Source of the DNA: a virus
Lineage: Duplodnaviria; Heunggongvirae; Uroviricota; Caudoviricetes
Strand: one strand, 5' to 3'
Length of the DNA stretch: 42,217 nt
Virus record (IMG/VR): IMGVR_UViG_2703718801_000022
Every line of letters begins with the position of its first letter. Within the stretch, counting starts at the first letter, position 1. Both the position numbers and the translations under genes were made by a program. Of the stretch, positions 8,455 through 17,432 are shown in pieces. The notes below the pieces were generated by a model that made no database searches, was not told the DNA's origin, and worked only from the letters and a program-made list of their open reading frames with translations.

Positions 8455-8974
8455 TAAAAATCAAATTGTCAGATATAAGGGTCGAGTATTGCATACGCAA
8501 AATTTCTCGGCCCTTTGTGCATCTGATCTTGAGCTGAAGAAAGTATCTGATGCCTTTGCCCAGTATTGGAAAACGGGATACCATCCATCTCTTGGTAAAG
8601 ATGCTGCATTTGCTCGTCCGACAGAAATGCTTAAACTAAATGTCAGGCATACTCATGTCGATAACCAAGACTATATTCCAGAAGATAGTGATAAAAAACA
8701 CACTGGTAAAAAATCATCTTGGGATGCATGGAAAAATATAGCGTCTGTACAAGTAAAATGCATACCAACAAGTGATTGCTTTTTAGTTTATTCGGTAAAT
8801 CACAATCGTGATGCGCTGGTTATGTTTTTTGTTGACGCAGATGCTCACAACATAACTGAGCAAGAAGAGTTTAAAGAGGAAGCAATCACTATCAGTTATC
8901 AATTCTTTGAGAAAACAAAAACAGAACCAATGCCTTTAGAAGAAGATCTTTTTTCTGATAAATGGAAGGAATAG
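8429..8974 (+). CDS. YafO-like toxin domain protein
   Basis: AGGAAA RBS; product resembles YafO ribosome-dependent mRNA interferase as recalled (LGKDAAF...LKLNVRHTHV...CFLVYSV...DADAH); AT-rich. Confidence 0.45.
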   Translation: MSSSASQNDKNQIVRYKGRVLHTQNFSALCASDLELKKVSDAFAQYWKTGYHPSLGKDAAFARPTEMLKLNVRHTHVDNQDYIPEDSDKKHTGKKSSWDAWKNIASVQVKCIPTSDCFLVYSVNHNRDALVMFFVDADAHNITEQEEFKEEAITISYQFFEKTKTEPMPLEEDLFSDKWKE

Positions 8975-9066
8975 TCCGCAGCGCAGGCTTTTTTGTGGAC
9001 GAAACAAAAGTCAGTGCTACACTCATTGACGCCACATTGAGGTGGCTTATAGATGGAAATTTCACA

Positions 9067-9228
9067 ATGAAAAAAGCATTTGCTGCACTGTTCGTTTTGT
9101 TGTCTCTGGTAGCTTCAACTCAGGCCTTTGCCGGTCGTTGTCAGCACGACAGCGACACTGCTGCTGACGGCTCACGCTGTGGTGGGCGTTCTGCGGATTC
9201 CCGCCCAGGCGGCGGTGGCATTCGTTAA
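9067..9228 (+). CDS. Small secreted Cys-containing peptide (hypothetical)
   Basis: 53 aa with clear signal peptide then Gly/Arg/Asp-rich tail with two Cys; weak RBS. Confidence 0.3.
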   Translation: MKKAFAALFVLLSLVASTQAFAGRCQHDSDTAADGSRCGGRSADSRPGGGGIR

Positions 9229-9260
9229 AAACAAGGCCGCGAAAGCGGCCTGTGACATGT
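9229..9260. terminator. Terminator hairpin downstream of minus-strand antirepressor gene
   Basis: GGCCGC-GAAA-GCGGCC stem followed on the minus strand by TTGTTTTT. Confidence 0.55.
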
Positions 9261-9277
9261 CACGATAGTTCCGTTTT

Positions 9278-9534
9278 GCACATCCCTGTGCCGCCGCCCG
9301 TCAGAAGAACCCTGCCTTGTCGTTGATGTATTCCGCGTGGGTCTGGATATCACGCAGGCATTTACTCACACCGACGATGTAGCAGAACATGGTGGTCAGC
9401 TCCGCCGCCGCGCCCGATACGTCGTGCCCGTCTTCCTGTAACTGGTTCAGCAGATTCATCAGCAGTGAGTTCTCCGTCAGGCCGAGAACACCAGACGGAG
9501 AATGAATCAGACTGCGGTAGCCGGGCTTCAGTGG
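9278..9534. repeat. Inverted repeat, right copy (3' end of second antirepressor gene plus 23 bp)
   Basis: Reverse complement matches 7894-8150. Confidence 0.85.
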
Positions 9535-10239
9535 ATAACCATAACATTTTGTCTGTGTTTTAATTGCCTCACGAAGCGCATCTAACATCTTGACTGCCAC
9601 TTCATCATTCTCTGATGCAACTCCAGCAGGGAGATACTCCCCTTCAAGCGGAACCCGGGCAACAAGAGACAACGCTTCGGCGAATTGATCTTCACCAATT
9701 TCTTTGTACGAACAGCCAAAGTGAGATTTTAGTGACGACCACATGGTAATGATCGCCCTCGCCTGTTTTTCTTTTGGCAGAGACTGACCGCGACTCATGA
9801 CGAGTTGTTTAATGGCTTCCTGCTGTTCAGTCGTGATTTTACCCGGCAACACCTTTTTAGCTTTGCGCGGGTTAACCACATGGCCTTTAGTCCAGTACTC
9901 GTAGAGCACATCATCACACTCTTCCTGATACTGGATTACCTTATCGCGGATTTCAGGGCGGACTTTGTTTGGACTGATGCTGTTCAACCAAGCTGCCAAT
10001 TTTCGTAAAGCCATACAAATCATGGCTTGCACCCCTCCGGCAGAAGGTATGGTGATTTCCACCATACCCTTCGAGAAGCGTTGAGAAATCTTCTTATGTT
10101 GAGATTTCCAGTCTAGACCCATTCCCTCAACGATAGGTTTCATTGGGGTGTACGGTTCGCCGTTGTGATTGACAACATAAAGTTCTACGCCGTGGAATGG
10201 CACGTTGATAGTAGATACCGCTGTTGCTATACTCGTCAT
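9301..10239 (-). CDS. Antirepressor, AntA/P22-Ant-like N-terminal domain plus shared Ant C-terminal domain
   Basis: 312 aa; N-terminus FHGVELYVVNHNGEPYTPMKPIVEGMGLDW; downstream of Arc-like gene as in P22 immI; C-terminus shared with 7417-8127. Confidence 0.75.
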   Translation of the reverse strand: MTSIATAVSTINVPFHGVELYVVNHNGEPYTPMKPIVEGMGLDWKSQHKKISQRFSKGMVEITIPSAGGVQAMICMALRKLAAWLNSISPNKVRPEIRDKVIQYQEECDDVLYEYWTKGHVVNPRKAKKVLPGKITTEQQEAIKQLVMSRGQSLPKEKQARAIITMWSSLKSHFGCSYKEIGEDQFAEALSLVARVPLEGEYLPAGVASENDEVAVKMLDALREAIKTQTKCYGYPLKPGYRSLIHSPSGVLGLTENSLLMNLLNQLQEDGHDVSGAAAELTTMFCYIVGVSKCLRDIQTHAEYINDKAGFF

Positions 10240-10312
10240 GTCGTTAATTCCTATACGTAGTTTTACGATACTGAAGCCCTTACGGTCTGGCCACCGTTGG
10301 GCTTCGCTGTTT
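10240..10312 (+). ncRNA. Candidate sar-like antisense RNA covering the antirepressor RBS
   Basis: -35 TTGATA (10205-10210), 17-bp spacer, -10 TATACT (10228-10233); nested hairpin GAAGCCC..ACGGT..ACCGT..GGGCTTC (10273-10305) + TGTTTTAT; antisense to ant RBS. Confidence 0.4.
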
Positions 10313-10479
10313 TATGCCACGCTATTCTTCTCACCAGTGAGTCCATACACTTTCCTCAACTGATAGATAATCTCTGTATTGAACTTTCGGCATTCTTTTT
10401 CACCATTTCTTTCAATAGCTAACTTCACATCGTCCGGAAAACGAATTCGTCGTTGACACATCTCTTTTGCTTTTTGCAT
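10312..10479 (-). CDS. Arc-like ribbon-helix-helix repressor
   Basis: 55 aa from ATG with AAGGAGAG RBS; RIRFPDDVKLAIERNGEKECRKFNTEIIYQL resembles P22 Arc; immediately upstream of ant. Confidence 0.7.
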   Translation of the reverse strand: MQKAKEMCQRRIRFPDDVKLAIERNGEKECRKFNTEIIYQLRKVYGLTGEKNSVA

Positions 10480-10599
10480 CTCATCTCTCCTTTGCCCCAC
10501 GGTGGGGCAAAATAATTGTCACACCGTGCGTCATTGATGTCAAGCACACGGTGAGGCATACTTCAATCATTGCAAGTAACTCAATATTTGGTGAAGAAC
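10480..10599. promoter_or_regulatory. Divergent Arc-like/Mnt-like control region with palindromic operators
   Basis: Perfect 19-bp palindrome TTGCCCCACGGTGGGGCAA (10492-10510); inverted CACCGTG (10522-10528) / CACGGTG (10547-10553). Confidence 0.5.
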
Positions 10600-11031
10600 A
10601 TGAGCAGAGAAGATCCACAACTAAGGATCAGACTTCCCATTGAAGTAAAAGAAAAAATAGAAATTTCTGCAAAAGCCAATAAGCGATCAATGAACGCTGA
10701 AATAGTACAACGTCTTGACACCAGCTTCCTGAAAGATATTCATGAAGATGACGTAATTTCTGCTTATGAAGCAAAAATCATTGCAAACAACGCACGGCAT
10801 GAAATATCAAATATCATTTTCAAAAGAACCTTTAATGAAATTAATAAAAAAATAACACTTGGACATACAAGTTTTTATATAAACCTTAATGACCTTGAAC
10901 TGGAATCACTTGCAGATAATGATTACCAGGTCATCTTTGAAAAAACATTTAATAAGCTCAATGAACTAGGTTACATCATCTGTGAAAATTCATGGGATGC
11001 AGATGGTTTTGGAATTGAAATACCTGAATAG
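10600..11031 (+). CDS. Mnt-like ribbon-helix-helix regulator with extended C-terminal domain
   Basis: N-terminus MSREDPQLRIRLPIEVKEKIEISAKANKRSMNAEIVQRL resembles P22 Mnt; 143 aa vs 83 aa for Mnt; AT-rich. Confidence 0.6.
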   Translation: MSREDPQLRIRLPIEVKEKIEISAKANKRSMNAEIVQRLDTSFLKDIHEDDVISAYEAKIIANNARHEISNIIFKRTFNEINKKITLGHTSFYINLNDLELESLADNDYQVIFEKTFNKLNELGYIICENSWDADGFGIEIPE

Positions 11032-11098
11032 GAAGAACAAAAGGCGTGTGCATATTACACGTCTTTAATATAATTGAAAAACACCACATTACTGATGT

Positions 11099-11689
11099 AT
11101 GTCTGTTACAACAAGGAGCGACATTTTGAAAACCATATCTATATTAAAGGTTGCATTAGGCGTCGCTATTATTTTGACGCTCTCAATATTGTTTTATTTT
11201 TACAACAAAAAAACTGCTATTGCTCTTGATGGTCACGCGGCAAACTCATTTTTCTCAGAGTACATAGTACCGCTATCAGGAAGCAGTATAACAAATAAAT
11301 ATACTGACTATGACATCAAATATGGAATTGATGATGGGGAGTCTATTGTATTACACGTAATCATTAAAAACCTAATGACAGTAAATAAAAATGCAGACTT
11401 CAACGATAAAAATACAATACACCACAACCACAGCAAAACATTAATTTCTTATAGTAACAACATCTATACGGATAAATACCTAAAATACATATCAGAAGAT
11501 ACAATAAAAGCAACCCGCGAAAAGTTAAAAAACATATATTGTGCATCCGGCAGTTTTCACAAATTATCGCCGCAAGAGCGTTTATTCTACGAAGCAAGAA
11601 AACAACGCAAGTCGATAATATTACATTATTATGCTGATTCAGGGGAGTCACTCATATTTAATATTGGGGTTTCCCCTGAATCATGCTAA
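11099..11689 (+). CDS. AT-rich membrane-anchored protein at the sieA-equivalent position
   Basis: N-terminal TM helix, Asn/Lys/Tyr-rich body; alternative TTG start at 11124 after AAGGAG; lies between ejection-protein genes and mnt-like gene. Confidence 0.5.
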   Translation: MSVTTRSDILKTISILKVALGVAIILTLSILFYFYNKKTAIALDGHAANSFFSEYIVPLSGSSITNKYTDYDIKYGIDDGESIVLHVIIKNLMTVNKNADFNDKNTIHHNHSKTLISYSNNIYTDKYLKYISEDTIKATREKLKNIYCASGSFHKLSPQERLFYEARKQRKSIILHYYADSGESLIFNIGVSPESC

Positions 11690-11700
11690 AGGTGTTTAAC

Positions 11701-14700
11701 TCACCGCATCACCGGATCCACTTGGTTTATTAGTGGCGCAATCCAGAACAGGTTATTGCCGGGTATCAGGGTTCGGACATTATGCACAATACGATCACCG
11801 GCATCACCATTCAACACTCCTGCGGTCACATCAATGATGCTATCCGCAAGACCAAATGACGGTCCGAATAGAGATCCTACGAATCCACGACTGGCATACC
11901 TAGACTGTGTTCCAGTGCCAAATAAAGCCCCCAGCCCAACAGCACCACCAGTAGCCTTTTCAGCCATGTTGTTATATTCCATCAATGGCCCAAGAATACC
12001 GGATCTATCTATACCCTCAAGCACCAGCTTCTCTGGTGACCAGTCAACATTTTTCCCTTTCGATGCTTCTTTAAGCGCATAGACCAGTGAGCCAAGAGCA
12101 ATCTGAAATGCAGTGCCATAATAAAATTGCGCAGTTCCTTCCTGTAACCCACCAAGTAGCGCACGGTTGTATGAAGCCGTTGTGAATGATTTAAACTGAA
12201 ATATCGTTCGCCCCATTGGAGTACTCGCCCATAAAGGTGTGTCACCAATACCGGGGGTGATGATAGTGTTATTAACGTCTTTCAGAACCGCTGACTGGAA
12301 TACTCCGGCAACGTACTGATCGTCCCATTTATCAAAGTTACCAATGTGCCATCCATCAATTACCTCACCATGTTTCTCGAACTCACTGCGAATACGCGCA
12401 GCCATATTGTCGTTGATACCGAGTTTTGCCATGCGACGTGCAGAAAACGCACCAGACAAAATACCGTCTGACGTGAGCATTCCGCTCATAGATTTGTTTA
12501 TGTCATTAAATCGATCCATGAGTGTCAGCTTGCCGAAGGCATCAGTAATTCGCTCCATTCCTGCTTCGACTGCTGTTGTCCTGGAAGAACTGTCAATCAG
12601 ATCACCAATTGCACGAGAACGTGAATGTAGTACAGTTTCCAATCCAATCCCCATCTTCAACATCTCTTCTTTGCTGGCCTTAAATGCCGGTGATTGGGAT
12701 ATCTGAGAAGCATAGCCTTTCATGGTGTTACGGAAACCATTAACCATAACCCCTCTGGCCAGATCTGGAATAGCTGATACTGTCATTCCACCGAGTTTGG
12801 TCGTGAAGTTCACATCCCGCAGAAAAGCGCCAGCACGAACAAAAAACGAAGACGGGTCATCAGGCATACCATATGTACCAACAAGACGATCGCGTAATGC
12901 TGTTATGTCTCTGAGATCATTTGCTCTTGATTTTGAAAGTCTGGACTGTTCTTTTCGTAATTCCTTTTCGTACTTTCGCATTAATGAATCGAGTTTACCC
13001 TGAGGAACAACTTCACCATTGCTCTCATAGCGTGCTTTCAGATTTGCCACACTTTCGTCATATTTCGCCTTTATTTTTTCAGGCACTTCCCGTAACAGAC
13101 TGTCATATTCGTCCTCAATTAATTGCAGACGCTCAGTCATAGTTCGTTTGCCAAACGTTCTCGTCAACTCAATTTCTGCTGCCGCTTCACGGATATGACG
13201 CTGCAGCACGTAATTCACATCACTTTCAAGATAATCCCTGATAAGACTATCAGGCACATTTAATGTTCTTTCTTTCGTACTACCTGCGGCTTTTACAGAA
13301 AATACGCTGACAAAATCCTGTGGAACCTTAGCACCAGTAATTTTATTAATTACGATATCCGCTGCAATTTCAGCATCCTCAGGATCCAGTGTTTTATTTC
13401 CTCTCGACCACCAGTCAACCAAAATACGTCGAAATTTATCGCGTTCACTGATTATTTTTCCAACTTTATATATACGTGGAAAATAGCTTGCCTGGCCTAA
13501 TGCTTTCAGTTCTTCATCTGGCGGTAATAAACCAAGCTTTTGCATTTCAACCTTCACCCGATTTAATACAGTTCGCATCGCCTGCGCCGTTTCCTGAACA
13601 ACAGGATTAGCATGCACATCACCGCTTCGCATAGCATTCCCAACCTGCTGACGAAATGAATCAAAACTCATGTCACCACCATCAGCTTTATACTTTGCGT
13701 ATGCCTGTTTATTTCCGACAACAACAGCAGCTTCTTCACGCTGCCATCCACGTGTACGGGTTTCTACAGCTACCGGTGTTTCAATCCCCCTTTCATTTCC
13801 TTTAAGGGTGAAATTATTTTCGGCTAACTCCAGCGTTGTTTTTCGCACTGTCTTGGACGGAGACTCCATTAACCTTGTCAAAGGAGTAAGATAGCTCCCT
13901 GCTTTCCATGCAGCCTTTCCAACCACCCCACCGGAAACAGGGGTTAAATCATCCAGAGTCGCTGTATCAATTTTCATAGCACCAACACTACCACCATCGG
14001 AAAGCGAAGCGGCAGCCCTGTCAGTCGCTGATGTAATGCTCATATTATCAAGAGCATCAGCAACCTCACGTGTGGCTGCAGCCCGGACGGATGGCGAAAG
14101 CGCAACACCAGCACTGGCAAACACGCCGCTCATCATCGCACCCGCTGCAACGTGAGCGGCACTTTCACCCCATGAGCGTGTTATTTGCTGATTATTCAGC
14201 ACAACCTCGCTTAATGCTGTACCGGCAGCACCAATCGCAATCTGTGAGCCAATACGCGCCAGTGCCCCTCCTTGAGCACCGGGGATAAACATTGACGCAA
14301 CAGTAACCGGATCCATTCCCGCAGCAATACTGGCAAGAGTTCCAACTACGCCAGCATCAGACAATAAACGTCTGTCTTCATTTTCATCATCTATCTGCTG
14401 CTTAATCCACGCCGTTTCCTCTGGCGATCGGGAATCTGCAAATTTCGCCCCCCAGTATTCATAACCGTGCAACTCATTTTTATCAGCATATGGGTTATAA
14501 CCTTCGACCGGTTCAAACTGTCTGGCTGGTCGGAAAAAACCAGCCAGAATATTGTTCTGTCGCATTGCAGCCCCCCATACGGAAGGCTCCGGTGGCAATG
14601 GCTCAGGATTAGCCCCTTCCGGAAGGGCAACATCAAACCCAGTTTGTTCCGGCAAAACATTACCTGACGGGATCAGTCCGTTATTAAGATCTTCAGCTTG

Positions 14701-14715
14701 TGCATAAACTGGCAT
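11701..14715 (-). CDS. Large internal virion/ejection protein (T7 gp16 position)
   Basis: 1004 aa; last large gene of the structural operon; assignment by size and gene order. Confidence 0.55.
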   Translation of the reverse strand: MPVYAQAEDLNNGLIPSGNVLPEQTGFDVALPEGANPEPLPPEPSVWGAAMRQNNILAGFFRPARQFEPVEGYNPYADKNELHGYEYWGAKFADSRSPEETAWIKQQIDDENEDRRLLSDAGVVGTLASIAAGMDPVTVASMFIPGAQGGALARIGSQIAIGAAGTALSEVVLNNQQITRSWGESAAHVAAGAMMSGVFASAGVALSPSVRAAATREVADALDNMSITSATDRAAASLSDGGSVGAMKIDTATLDDLTPVSGGVVGKAAWKAGSYLTPLTRLMESPSKTVRKTTLELAENNFTLKGNERGIETPVAVETRTRGWQREEAAVVVGNKQAYAKYKADGGDMSFDSFRQQVGNAMRSGDVHANPVVQETAQAMRTVLNRVKVEMQKLGLLPPDEELKALGQASYFPRIYKVGKIISERDKFRRILVDWWSRGNKTLDPEDAEIAADIVINKITGAKVPQDFVSVFSVKAAGSTKERTLNVPDSLIRDYLESDVNYVLQRHIREAAAEIELTRTFGKRTMTERLQLIEDEYDSLLREVPEKIKAKYDESVANLKARYESNGEVVPQGKLDSLMRKYEKELRKEQSRLSKSRANDLRDITALRDRLVGTYGMPDDPSSFFVRAGAFLRDVNFTTKLGGMTVSAIPDLARGVMVNGFRNTMKGYASQISQSPAFKASKEEMLKMGIGLETVLHSRSRAIGDLIDSSSRTTAVEAGMERITDAFGKLTLMDRFNDINKSMSGMLTSDGILSGAFSARRMAKLGINDNMAARIRSEFEKHGEVIDGWHIGNFDKWDDQYVAGVFQSAVLKDVNNTIITPGIGDTPLWASTPMGRTIFQFKSFTTASYNRALLGGLQEGTAQFYYGTAFQIALGSLVYALKEASKGKNVDWSPEKLVLEGIDRSGILGPLMEYNNMAEKATGGAVGLGALFGTGTQSRYASRGFVGSLFGPSFGLADSIIDVTAGVLNGDAGDRIVHNVRTLIPGNNLFWIAPLINQVDPVMR

Positions 14716-17432
14716 TATTTAGATCCCCACGAAAAGTAATCTTTAAATTTGTCCATACGTTCGTTATGCAGGCGCTGATACTGCTCATCCAGAGCGCGAT
14801 GCTTGTCTTTGAAGTTTCGTATAGCCTGTCCACGCATAATTTCTTCCTGCTCGTACTGCTCCCGTTCCTGCTGCATTTTCTTATAAGGTTCCCAATCTTC
14901 TAGTGATGGTTCCCAACGCATAGGACGCCCATGTTTGTTATAAAACGGCTGGACCCGATCGATGCCATTTTCATCCTTAGTTCTTACCATAATGGCGTAA
15001 TCACCATTACGAGGTGTTAACACGTCAGGGGTTATGAATAATTCTCCATTAATACGACTCTCAGGGGTTTTTGTCTCAACTACAGGAGCATTACCTGACG
15101 TGATCCCAAGCAACGTCGGACTGGTTGTTATAATCTCTTTGCGCTCACCGTACATCAGCCGTTCTTTTTCAGCTTTCCACTGCGCCGCCTGCCAGCCTGA
15201 CGGCCCATATTGATAAAGCGCCTCCGGTGCATATTTCATAAACTGCGCTTCTCCGTTAACCTCGCTGATACTCCAGGTGCGGGCTATCTGCTGGTTGGTC
15301 ATTTGCTTCGCTACGTCAGCGTTACCACCAGCAACGCGGTAGTTAATGTCATACAGCGTCTGATAGTCATTACGGAATCTAGCTGCTTCCGGCGTCTGGT
15401 CATCCGCAGACGGATCCCAACGGAACCACTGCGCCATATTGCTGACAGCAGAATTCATCGCCTTGCTGCGATCATTTTTGTACTCTTTTGAACTCTGCGT
15501 TGATGCCAATTGAGCTTTAAGAGCATCGGTCTGGTTGTACGTAAGGTTCTGCGCCTGCTCGATAGCCGCATCAGCAGACATGCCAGAATCAGTTAGTTGC
15601 TTAACAGTCAGATAAAAACCCTGCATATCCTTCGGCATATTTCCAATAGATGCATTGTCTGTTTCATATAACCGACTAAACAGTTCAGCCGCATTTTTAA
15701 CCACTTCCTGATTGCTGGATCGGGATACTGCTGAAAGCTGCGTGATGACCTGCGAAGGCATTATGCCAGTCTGAGCCACAAGCCGAACAACCCCATCATG
15801 AGTGGAGGCATCATTAATACGAAAGTTCTGCGCCATTTCTGTGTAATCAGCAGCTTTCTGCATTGACTTGTTGCTTGGGTCTAATTTTTCACCTATTGTC
15901 AGCGCCTCATTAAATCTGCGTGAATCCCGTTGCGCCTGAATTGCTTCATTTGATCTCTGAAGCAATGCAGACAATTTTCCGTAAGCATCGAGTTTTAACG
16001 CATAGTGAGGATCGTTAACCTCAGGCTTCACTTTCTGCATTTCTTCTTGCTGCTGAGAAGGAGGCAAATACTGAATTGCCTGGAATATTCTCGCGTTATC
16101 AATCGCTATATCCAGTTGGTTGATTATTTTATCTGCGTTTTTTCCATACCCCCTGATGATGGTCTCCTGAGCCGGTATATAATCTGGAACCTCACCGTTA
16201 TATAGCTGGGCCATGGTGTTATTAATAGCTGGCTCAAGCTGTTCTAATATTAACTTCCTTTGCTTTTCTATCTGACTATTAGCAAGGTTATCTATTTGAT
16301 AAATAGTCAGCGGATCCATTCCAGTTTTATTTTTTCTATATCGGGAAAGCCACCCTTGTGTTTCTGATGGAAGATTTCTGATAAATTCTTCTTCTGATAT
16401 TTCACCTTTACGTGGATCACCGACTTTGGCGATCAGTTTATCCACGTTACCCATCCCCCAGTTATATGCTGCTCCGGCCAATATTTCGGAGCCGTACTTA
16501 CCATACAGTTGATTTACATAGTCACTGGCGAGCATTTCATGCTGTTGTTCGTCCGTAGGGTTGTATTCAACGCCACGCTTGGCCGCCAGTTCTTTCCCTG
16601 TGCCCGGCATTAACTGGTATTTCCCCTGGGCTCTCTCTCCAGAAGATGTTATCGGTCCTTCAAGAAGACTACCATCAGGATTAAAATGTCGATCGCCTGA
16701 TTCAACAAGGCGTATGGCACGCATGTCCATGCCTCCAGAATCATTTTTCTGAAACAGACCATTTAGCCATCCTTCTGGATTGGCAGCGGCATAATTCTTC
16801 GCCCGCGTTTCTGTGGCACTGCGATCATCACTTTCTATTTCTTCCAGAATGCGTTCTTGTGACCATCCCCTGGCAGCTCCATATCTGGCAATGGCTACCA
16901 TTCTGGAATTTCTGGCTAAAGTGGCAGTTTGCGGGTCATTCCAGGCATCCGCTTCATTTTGTATCCATAATTTTCTCGTTGCCTGATATTGCTCATCTTC
17001 ATAGGCATTTGTCTGCCCTATCTCATGTCTGAGAACTCCAGTACTGAACTGAATTTTCTGTGTTCTGGCTTGTTGCAAAAACATATTTCTTGCTGCTTCA
17101 TCAGTCAATGAAGCAGCTATTTCTTCCACATCCTGATCAAATCCAGATATGTACTCTTGCCCCTTACCAATCGCATTTTTGCCTTGTTGTGCATAAAAAC
17201 CGGTTTGAGGGTTATAAAGACGTTCATTGCTGCGCTGATTAAGCTGAAGGATGGCATCCTGAGACAATGCAACATTCGCTTTCTGCCTGGCTTCACCATA
17301 TGCCACCGCATACTGATCTGCGACATTCGCCAGCACCTGACCTGCTTGAGGAACATCGAAGGTCTGAAAACCACCGGTTTGCACACCACGACTTTGCACC
17401 TGGCGTCCGGATGTAGTAGGAACAACTGGCAT
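14715..17432 (-). CDS. Internal virion protein with lytic transglycosylase (SLT) domain
   Basis: 905 aa; SLT-like motifs GERAQGKYQLMPGTG and AAYNWGMGNV. Confidence 0.65.
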   Translation of the reverse strand: MPVVPTTSGRQVQSRGVQTGGFQTFDVPQAGQVLANVADQYAVAYGEARQKANVALSQDAILQLNQRSNERLYNPQTGFYAQQGKNAIGKGQEYISGFDQDVEEIAASLTDEAARNMFLQQARTQKIQFSTGVLRHEIGQTNAYEDEQYQATRKLWIQNEADAWNDPQTATLARNSRMVAIARYGAARGWSQERILEEIESDDRSATETRAKNYAAANPEGWLNGLFQKNDSGGMDMRAIRLVESGDRHFNPDGSLLEGPITSSGERAQGKYQLMPGTGKELAAKRGVEYNPTDEQQHEMLASDYVNQLYGKYGSEILAGAAYNWGMGNVDKLIAKVGDPRKGEISEEEFIRNLPSETQGWLSRYRKNKTGMDPLTIYQIDNLANSQIEKQRKLILEQLEPAINNTMAQLYNGEVPDYIPAQETIIRGYGKNADKIINQLDIAIDNARIFQAIQYLPPSQQQEEMQKVKPEVNDPHYALKLDAYGKLSALLQRSNEAIQAQRDSRRFNEALTIGEKLDPSNKSMQKAADYTEMAQNFRINDASTHDGVVRLVAQTGIMPSQVITQLSAVSRSSNQEVVKNAAELFSRLYETDNASIGNMPKDMQGFYLTVKQLTDSGMSADAAIEQAQNLTYNQTDALKAQLASTQSSKEYKNDRSKAMNSAVSNMAQWFRWDPSADDQTPEAARFRNDYQTLYDINYRVAGGNADVAKQMTNQQIARTWSISEVNGEAQFMKYAPEALYQYGPSGWQAAQWKAEKERLMYGERKEIITTSPTLLGITSGNAPVVETKTPESRINGELFITPDVLTPRNGDYAIMVRTKDENGIDRVQPFYNKHGRPMRWEPSLEDWEPYKKMQQEREQYEQEEIMRGQAIRNFKDKHRALDEQYQRLHNERMDKFKDYFSWGSK

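Noticed and set aside
9067-9228. Hok/Gef-type membrane toxin
   Set aside because: The peptide has a cleavable signal peptide and a hydrophilic Gly/Arg-rich tail rather than a single TM helix with conserved Hok residues; kept only as a low-confidence secreted peptide.
7894-9534. Serine-invertase-driven shufflon (Gin/Cin/Pin-type invertible segment)
   Set aside because: No invertase gene was found in or beside the segment and the repeats are long coding sequences rather than short crossover sites; inversion by general recombination remains possible and is reported separately.
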